Part shown: positions 54,923-64,000 of the stretch, piece after piece
How the letters are laid out: every line of letters starts with the position of its first letter
Position numbering within the stretch: the stretch's first letter is position 1
Assembly (NCBI GenBank): GCA_003344405.1
Contig: NOWV01000105.1
Coordinates: forward strand, 186,001-250,000
DNA length: 64,000 nucleotides
Direction: 5' to 3'
Origin: Trichoplax sp. H2
Taxonomy: Eukaryota
Made by a program: the position numbers and the translations under genes
The notes under the pieces: generated by a model
The model's database searches: none
Told to the model about the DNA's origin: nothing
What the model saw: only the letters and a program-made list of their open reading frames with translations

Positions 54923-57900
54923 CTAGAAATTTTGTTCGTTGTTTTCTGACAGAATGATGTCATTCCTACCAATAGTTTGCAAAGCCCGCTGCAATCGGCT
55001 AATGCTAACATTGGGATGTGCCTTTTTGTACCAGTAATTGAGCAATTCCATTGCCTGGTTAAAGACATGGTCGCGATTTTGTTCCATTATAACCTTAACA
55101 CAAATCGTTGGATCTAGGATGGCCGCTAACTGTGGCCAGTCTGTGCCAATAGAGCTTGCAATAGGGTAAAAATACTTCCTAGGATCTACATAGTACAAGT
55201 AGAAACTTTACTATGAAGTACTATACGAGTATGTTGTAACAATTTCAATTGCAAATAAATTACTTGATTTTACATGATATAAAGTACAATATTTACATAA
55301 TGAGCTCTTATGTCGCAATTAGAGTTGAATAATCATCTGGTTCGCTATAATTATTTATGTAATGGTAATAATGGCATTAGCGATAGCACAGGTGGAACTG
55401 TACTTCTATTGTAAGACTAATAGAAATAAATGGCTCTAATTCGAATTTGAATAACTCTGTAAACGAACTACTTACTGGACAAACAATGTACAAATAAATT
55501 AAGATTGAATATTTTTTAATTCATAAATCATTATTTATTATGTCAAGTAGCTTACTAGTAGCTAGAATATTCTAATGACGATCTTAAAAATTCGTCAGTG
55601 ATATCATTATCTAGTAAAACTGTATGCGATCATATCATCAGTGGCAAACGTAGCTTAAAGAATTACATCCATTGACGAGGTAAGGTATTCCTATGTTAGA
55701 ATTTACAAGGAGTAATTGCTCTTAATCATATTTGAATCGATCTACAATTGGATTACTAAATGCAATTGAGAATGATTGATAGATATCAATTCAATAGAGG
55801 TTTACCTTCATCTTTGGTATCTTTCCATCGGTCTAAAGTAGTGGAATAAAAATAGCAATAATCGATTAATAGTTCTATCGTTTAAGTAATCAATGCAGTA
55901 GATTAGTGCCCATAATTTTTGATAATAATCAACTATTGTTTACGCTATTACAAAATCACCTTACATTAAATAGTAAAATAGCTATGATACAGTACATTTA
56001 TGTCTCTTTGCTTGCTCTAGCGTATGACTTTAGTTTATTATATCATAAAAAGTGATAATATAAGAATGAAGCTGCTGTTTATTCTCACATGCTTACCTAT
56101 CAAGAATTTTTCATTATAAATAATCCAATCGTTTAAAGATTGACTGGCAAATTCCATCTTACAATGCTTACATCGAATCCAATTTTGATCTTCTTCCTTG
56201 TATTCTTCAGTTATACTTGTTTGTGTATTACATTCACTACATTTGACGAAATATCGACAATCGGCCCCTTTAAACTTAACCATCCTATCATTGACAGTAG
56301 AGATGAGTTTATTCTTGACAATTTCGTGTGGCCGTTTGACAAATATAGAATTTGTAACTTTATCGATAATCGATTGACTCCTCTCGGGCTCATTTATTTT
56401 CTGATAGCAATATTGTAAACCAATATGAGATTCCTCTTTCTTGACTACAAGATAATGATTGTCATTTGCTAAATAATATTTGGCACATTGATAGTATAAT
56501 TCTACGTCCGTATTATTCCATTCCTTTAAACATGAAGATAACAAGCAATAATAAATTCCATCTGGAAGATATGGAATATCTGTATGCTCGTATCCGATGT
56601 AGAGCCAATCTGATTGATGATATTTTGATAAATCAAATGGCTTAACATCATATCGTAACAAATATGGAACAAAGTATTGACATTCTTCGCCGTTGTCGTT
56701 CTTCTCATTTGTAATTGAACATAGAATATCATAAGCATGCATGAGTGCCAATATAGTTTGCTTACTATTGTCATCTAAATTAAATTTATAAATAGCATGA
56801 TCAATGTATGATCTTGATAATTTTCCTCTTTGGCTTGCTATCTCATAGTCACGTTTTATCTGTGCACCTCCTTGTACAAAATCTTGTAATTGAATAATAG
56901 AACGAAATATATTTAATAACCAATCGACATTAGTTATAATAATTCCGTCGTCGCCTACTTTATCACAGTAGATGACTTCTCCTAAATCGTGTAGATACAT
57001 TAGCATAGCGATTAATTCATCATGGTTTTCATATAATCCGTATTGTTGAGACAAGTTTACTATTTGTTGCATTGTCATAATATTATGCACTTGAGAATGT
57101 CTAATTTGATTGATAATAGAAGATGCGGGTTGATTGTTACTGTTAGTAGGGAGCGATTTATTTAATATTCTAGCCATGATATACCATCGAATAGGTATAG
57201 GATTCGTAATAAATGGCAGCGATTGTACAAATGCCTTAATGATACCATGTAAACGAAGACAACATTGTCGACGCTGCTCTAGTGTCGACGGAGTACTATC
57301 AAGAGGATTGCAATTAAAAATAATACCAGAAGAATAGATATGATTGGCATAAGAAGGCATGCGAGACGTCAATGTAGACACAAATTGATTGAATCGAGTA
57401 CGTCCATTTTCTTCATTGATAATACAATCGCCATGAGAAGCTACTAAAATAATAATAGGTAATGAATGCTGTGAAGGTGGTAAATGCTGTTCATCTTCAC
57501 TTTTAATGTTGACATTGATGGTACTTTGGCTTGTATGGCCAGCTATGATTGATGTAAGCCATTCTTGCATAGCTTGTAAATACGTCGTTTTGAGTAATTG
57601 GTTGTTCCTTGTTGTTACCTTGTCGTTAATGTCTTGATTAATATTAAATACTAAAATATAAATACTATTGACGGAGATAAAGGGATAATGAGTAAGATGA
57701 TAGACGGCATGACCTGCGAAATCCCATATTTTAACATACTGATTGTTTTCGTCTTTGTCTGCATTTTGATTTTCTATTGGATCTATGTCGGTTACTTGCT
57801 GACTGATGTTATCTTGACTATTGATACTTGTTTGGGCTAACTGTTGTATGACTGTCTTGACTTTATCGTCTAGTATTTCAGTCCAATCACAACCCTCTAA

Positions 57901-60320
57901 GTTACGAATATTATAATATTCGGTCTCTACCATAATATCCAAATTCTCAGCCACTTGTGTCGGAGATGGATTGTCTAGTGGTTGCTTGGTAAATATTTTT
58001 CGAACAGAAGTTTTGCCCACATTGCGAGGACCAATGAACATGCCTCGTATTAAATGATTAAAGCAATGACCATGTTTTAATGCTTTGCTATATGCATTGT
58101 AATATTTCTTTTCTTGCAAAGCTGTAGAACAACAAAATACAGAATAGGGTTACGGTTATCCATCGCTCTCTCGTCTACTACTGTATTAAAACTCCAATTA
58201 CCTTTCTCTTGTACGTGTTGATTGTTATGACTGCCGTCAATAGTATTTGCTGGCGCTGTAACGTTGTTGATTTGATTCGGTTGAAACCGTTCAACGGTAC
58301 TTTTGATCCAATTTCTCGCTGTTGATGTCGACGATTTCGGCTTCCGGAGAGTGATATCGATATTCTTTTTGGTCCATTTAACTAGGCGATCATTTCCGCT
58401 TAAGGTTGCGATATACAGTGACTTCTTAAAGTTATCCACAGCCTGATCGTACTTGCCTTGGCGACGATAGACAAGTCCTATGTTGTTATATGACTTCGCA
58501 ACGTGGGGATGATTGTGACCAAGGACTGACAATCGAATTTGCAGTGATTTGTCATACATATCCACAGCCTGATCGTACTTGCCTTGGCTTTTATAGACAT
58601 TGCCTATGTTGTTATATGAGTTGGCAACATCAGGATGATTATGACCAAGGACTGACAATCGAATTTGCAGTGATTTGTCATACATATCCACAGCCTGATC
58701 GTACTTGCCATGGTGACGATAGACAACTCCTATGTCGTTATATGAGTTGGCAACATCAGGATGATTATAATCAAGGACAGCCAATCCAATTTGCAGTGAC
58801 TTGTGATACATATCCACAGCCTGATCGTACTTGCCTTGGCTTTTATAGACATTGCCTATGTTGTTATATGAGTTGGCAACATCAGGATGATTGTGACCAA
58901 GAACTGACAATCGAATTTGCAGAGATTTGTCATAAATATCCACAGCCTGATCGTACTTGCCTTGGTCATCATAGACAAGTCCTATGTTGTTATATGAGTT
59001 GGCAACATCAGGATGATTATGACCAAGGACAGCCAATCCAATTTGCAGTGATTTGTCATACATATCCACAGCCTGATCGTACTTGCCTTGGCTTTTATAG
59101 ACATTGCCTATTTTGTTATATGAGCTGGCAACATCAGGATGATTGTGACCATGGACTGCCAATCCAATTTGCAGTGATTTGTCATACATATCCACAGCCT
59201 GATCGTACTTGCGTTGGCTTTTATAGACATTGCCTATGTTTTTATATGACTTCACAACATCAGGATGATTGTGACCAAGGACTGACAATCCAATTTGTAG
59301 TGACTTGTCATACATATCCACAGCCTGATCGTACTTGCCTTGGTCATGATAAACAAGTCCTATGTTGTAATATGAGTTGGCAACATGGGGATGATTGTGA
59401 CCAAGGACTGCCAATCCAATTTGCAGTGACTTGTGCAACATATCCACAGCCTGATCGTACTTGCCTTGGTGACGATAGATAACTCCTATGTTGTTATATG
59501 AATTGGCAACATCAGGATGATTGTGACCAAGAACTGCCAATCGAATTTGCAGCGACTTGTCATACATATCCACAGCCTGATCGTACTTGCACAAGCGATC
59601 ATAGACAACTCCTATGTTATTGTATGACCACGCAACATCGGGATGATTATGACCTAGGACTGACAATCGAATTTGCAGCGACTTATCATACATATCCATA
59701 GCCTGATCGATCTTGGCTTGGTCATGATAGACAATTCCTATGTTGTTATATGACTTCGCAACATGGGGATGATTGTGACCAAGAACTGACAATCCAATTT
59801 GCAGTGACTTGTTATGCATATCCACAGCCTGTTCGTACTTGCACAAGTCCCAGTAGACGCACCCAATTTGATGATAACTATCGGCAAGACGAGCATCCTT
59901 TTCGTCTAACCATTTTAATTTCATTTCCAACGATTTCTTACCGTCTTCCAGTGCTCCGTTGAAATCCCCTTGGCGTCTCTTAATCTCGCTTTCTCTTTGT
60001 AAACATTGAGCCATGCTCACTTCATCTTGCAGTTTAGTAGCCACAGTTTGTCCCTTATCACTCCATTCAACAGCTTCCTTGAATTGATATTGTAAAGTGT
60101 AAATGTCACAAAGACCAAGATAAATATCACATGCAAGTCGATCAATATCCGCACTAGGATTCGACAACGAAGCAATCGCATCGACAGCTTGTGTATAACA
60201 AGATAGTCCGTCCACCAACTGGAAGGCAGTCTTGCATGAGATGCCCTTTTCGTACAGTGATTGTATACGGGTATGGTGAGGAAGCACACTCGTAGAACAG
60301 ACAGATTCATCATCAGCCAT
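54923..60320 (-). CDS. TPR-repeat ROCO protein: TPR array, Roc GTPase, COR, CxxC..CxxC, Death domain (about 1480 aa)
   Basis: Exon 60320-58202 joins exon 58121-56097 in frame across an 80-nt GT-AG intron (EK|ALQEKKYY). Roc motifs: P-loop GPRNVGKTS, G3 IWDFAG, G4 VASHGD. COR: PIPIRW, LHDLGEVIY, WLLNIF. CSEC..CKHC. Probable phase-1 microexons 56016-55996 and 55832-55806. Terminal exon 55185-54923 is a Death domain (IGTDWPQLAAIL..QAMELLNYW..LQRALQTIGRNDI). Confidence 0.85.
58410..59885 (-). repeat. Intragenic tandem array of 126-bp (42-aa) TPR units, 11 complete plus 1 partial
   Basis: Consensus ANSYNNIGxVYxxQGKYDQAVDMYDKSLQI(G/R)L(A/S)VLGHNHP(D/H)V; unit starts are exactly 126 nt apart, from 59885 to 58499. 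Confidence 0.97.
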
Positions 60321-63267
60321 CTTTTCCTGCACTCAATTCAAAAATATGTTAGTTAAAGGCTTGAACGACAGGTTAGAGACAAATAAGATTCAAATCAAGC
60401 TTCGTTGCAACCATTAATTGCTAATCATCGGATCGATATTATCTCTGCGTATTAATGAGGTTATGTCGGAATAGTTGTACTTGCGTGCCAGTCGTAGTTC
60501 AACAGAACAACATCAATTATTCCATTATACACAATTTTCAAGCATCAATAAATCAACTTCTACAATATTGCCTATCTATTCCGCATGGAAGATTATCCGA
60601 AAATCATTCAATCAATCTCTGTAGATAATTACTGAAGACAACGCTATCGGACAATCGTGTGCTTACGTGTACATTAACAAAATGCACTCCAGCTTACAAA
60701 TAGATTATACTCATAATCATAATAACCATCAAACAACAATCTTTTTATTCTAATAGACAACGGTAAATAAATGCTAGCCACATCAATGATAGTGTAAAAT
60801 AAGAAAGGATGCTTGCAATACAGTTTCGTTGGCGTCGTTTACCTATCTTTAATTTCTATTTTTACTTGAAATACAATGTATAATGATGGATACCTAACGA
60901 AATAGGTTACTTACCAATGGATGTTTTAAAAATCGGCTAATAACAACTTGATGATTTTGCTGTTACGTAGATTTAATCCTACCAATCCGACTGCGCGCTG
61001 CTTATTGCAACAGGAGCTAATGGATAAAAAGAGAACGACAGGTGACATAAAACTCTACTCGGCTAAACAGCTCTATCCAACTGCATATACACTAAATACA
61101 CGCACTGATCAGCACATCTAAATACTACAGTGTATCAGCGATTACAGACTACTAACTCATTGGTTATTTCCTAACTATAAAAACTCCTTGCAAAGTCCTG
61201 CACGAGGAAGGGCACTATTGGTAACCATGAAGCTTGCTTGCTAGAAATCCCAGTTAAACCTGCGGCTATGACACGCTTTTATTCGTAAGTAGTCCCTATG
61301 TGGATGATGCGATAGCCGACGGATAAAGGTAAATAAATAAAATGAAGGTAAGGTAAATAAATAAATTAGGTTTCTTTGCAATGATTTGTGCATAGTCATA
61401 AGACCTTATGAAATTAGAACAGCTCTAATTTGTATTAGTTTATTAAATACGAGTTTAAGATTAACCTACGAGTATCTTCCCTACCGAATTTCTTATGTCT
61501 TGTTAGCTTAGTAAGCCGTCAATCATATTATTTGCTAAAGTTTGATGCCAATGAACTATTGCATGGGTAGATACAAGTTACCAACAAAATATCGTTCTCT
61601 CTAAGTAAGGATAGTTGACATATTATCCTTATCCATTTTCTTCTATTACAGTCTATCAATAAAGCTATCATTTTATCAACAATTTGATTGCAGTCTACCG
61701 TACGCTATTTATTGTCGTGGCTCCGCAGTCTGTGTTCATTGCAATTCAATTTGATAATGAGCTTGTTACTGCCATATAAAACTCTCAAATTATCAACTAT
61801 GAAATTCATCAAGTAATAACTTAAAGGAGCGACTGTTCAGGATAGGTTTCTGATAGTAAACTGCAAGAAAGAATAGCGATGAATATTATATAACATACTG
61901 TAGAGACATAGAGAAATGATAGCAGTCTATTTCAATATACATCATTGACATTATCCGATCCATTGAATCTACTGTAGCTCAACAAAGAATGCCATAAATT
62001 TAATAAAAGATATTGCTTGTAACAAATATTATCATTTTGTATACAACGTTCGTAGTCCGATGATGAATTAATGATAGACATTTGCATGGTCAAATTGTAA
62101 GCCATACTAATAAAGATTGTACAATCGCAATCATGAATTTTTTAGACTAACCAGATACATCAACAACGGATTACAACATTGGATATGCAATAAAACGGAT
62201 CAATCACTTGACTGATCAGCAGTAGCATATTCTACTTTAATTGGCAACAGCCATCCAATACAGGCATTGCTGTACAACAAGGCACTATCCTCTCAGCACT
62301 TACGCTCGCTGCATTCTCGCGCCAAAGAAGCTTCTTAGTCAACAAGTTCAGCTTCGATCCATGCTCACAGAACTCATTCTCAAGGATAGGTAATCATTTC
62401 TACGAGCATATCTCAACAGTTTTCAACAAACAAGAAGTATTTTATGATCGGTATTGTGTATGAACTAACTAGAGTTGATACTCCAACCGTATGTAAAGTT
62501 CGGATCACTCTGACTAGTTTTCGAATACTGACAAAGCTAAGTCCTTACTACCACTCATTCGTTTATTGATAATTACAACGGCTTTTATATGTGCGCCGTC
62601 AACACTTACAGTGTAACGTTGTACAATACATAGTTTATGATATCCATATCTAGAATTAGGTAGACTTGTAAATTGTAAATTAGTCACGATAATTGATTCT
62701 ATAATTATACAGCGTAAGTTAACTATCAATATGGACTGTAGATAATAACGCAGTTATCATCCATCCATCTTAAGCGTAGCATTACAAAATACATATATAG
62801 AAATACTGTAAGACATATCAATCGGAATAGAGTAAAGTAAGATCAAATTAAAATCTCCTGACAGGGTTGGCGTGAGTACTGTTTGGCCTGATTGCAAATT
62901 GCATGCTATCGATACAAGATGTAACCCTTCATACATACTGGAAGTACTGCAATCCATAGCAATTCCATATGATTACTACCTTAATTTTATTCAATAATTA
63001 ACAATCAATGAGTTGTTAATATACACCATTTAAAGAAAATTTTTAGTATACTTTTATAAACTGTTTGACAAATGACAGTAAAAAATCAACGGAATACAGT
63101 AGCGCACGATGAAGATGATATCAAGCGATTCAGCAGATGGCTTAGTTATTGGACTCATCGTCGATGATGATCGCCAATTAAACAGTGGCCAACAGTAATT
63201 TCTGCTATCGGAAGAACAATCTTCATATTAATTCAAGGAGGCTAAAAGATGTAACATAAAAAGAATC

Positions 63268-63370
63268 ATCTACGCTTACTTCTCGTATGCACTAATTTGC
63301 ACTACTTTAACATAAAAAGAAACATCTATGCTTACTTCTCGTATGCACTAATTTGCACTACTTTAACATA
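63268..63370. repeat. 47-bp near-identical direct repeat, period 56
   Basis: atcta(c/t)gcttacttctcgtatgcactaatttgcactactttaacata at 63268-63314 and 63324-63370. Confidence 0.88.
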
Positions 63371-64000
63371 GATGTCGAAGGCACGCTAATGTTGGCTTCA
63401 GACGATAGAGCTAAAATGGACATGGTTAGTACTTTCATCAACTACATGGAGGAGAATTGCCAAGTCTATGCTATACATGCATGCTTACAAATTATTTCTA
63501 GTCAAAATAATATACCAATCTCAGCTCTAAAATGCTGAACAGTGCAAAATGGAACAGAGAATTTGGACAGTCTCCACGCTGTACTATGTAATTTTAAGTA
63601 AACTACTTCTTAAAGCTTCCTAAACTGTTTCTACATGAAGTTGATACCAATGCAATAAGTTCAAAACCAATATTGAGCGGTTAACTGGTAATATCAGGGT
63701 AACTTGCTCAACTCTGGTTAAATCAGGTGATGACATTTTACAGGTGCACTAGCTGTACTACCATCTTGTACCAAGTACTAACTCGTCTAAAATAATCAAG
63801 ACAGGAGCATTCTCGTGGAAGCTGATATGCTATCGAAACTGCGATTTGATGCAGTACACTAATGTATTCTAGCTTATAAACTGTCCGTTTACTGTACAAG
63901 ACTAATCAATTTCTCCATGAGGAGTACTAGAGTAGCTTCTCAAACTTGGGTAGTAACAACAAAGGTTGTACCCACTCCATGAGCAGTAGCGCTCGACGAT

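Noticed and set aside
56140-57337. Small ORFs inside the Roc-COR exon
   Set aside because: Alternative-frame or antisense shadows of a well-supported coding exon.
58077-58201. Overlap of TPR and Roc ORFs suggesting a programmed frameshift or two genes
   Set aside because: A canonical 80-nt GT-AG intron (58122-58201) joins them in frame.
58410-59885. CRISPR-like or DGR-like repeat array
   Set aside because: Units are contiguous in-frame coding repeats without unique spacers; no cas or reverse transcriptase gene and no separate template copy is visible.
58490-59962. 330-aa and shorter plus-strand repetitive ORFs (58490-59482, 59498-59701, 59750-59962)
   Set aside because: Antisense shadow of the 126-bp TPR repeat; a stop-free unit is propagated by the repeat, and the frame is broken in several units.
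62240-62390. Peptide GIAVQQGTILSALTL resembling the non-LTR reverse transcriptase GVPQGxxLSP motif
   Set aside because: No YADD or other RT motif at the expected spacing; could be chance.

Overview
AT-rich eukaryotic (animal) genomic DNA with short GT-AG introns. The gene style (intronless rhodopsin-type GPCR, 42-aa 'LGHNHPDVA' TPR arrays, compact introns) suggests a placozoan such as Trichoplax; this is an inference. Contents in order: (1) an intronless, non-canonical class A GPCR (1686-2771, -); (2) a single-pass membrane protein gene (about 11.8-15.4 kb, +) with signal peptide, LRRNT, an apparently decayed LRR exon, a furin-like site, a TM helix and three PY motifs; (3) four paralogous cytochrome P450 loci sharing one exon structure (two intact, one with a single nonsense codon, one truncated pseudogene) with an intronless HNMT-like SAM methyltransferase among them (22-41.5 kb); (4) a spliced TPR-Roc-COR-CxxC-Death gene (60320-54923, -). 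Its 12 near-identical 126-bp TPR units vary mainly at predicted ligand-binding positions. It is followed by a duplicated linker block with a second, very different Death-domain exon and a fragment of a third. The best candidates for undescribed systems are this diversifying NLR-like TPR-ROCO-Death receptor with alternative Death cassettes and the P450 + N-methyltransferase cluster. All exon models were read by eye and need RNA confirmation.
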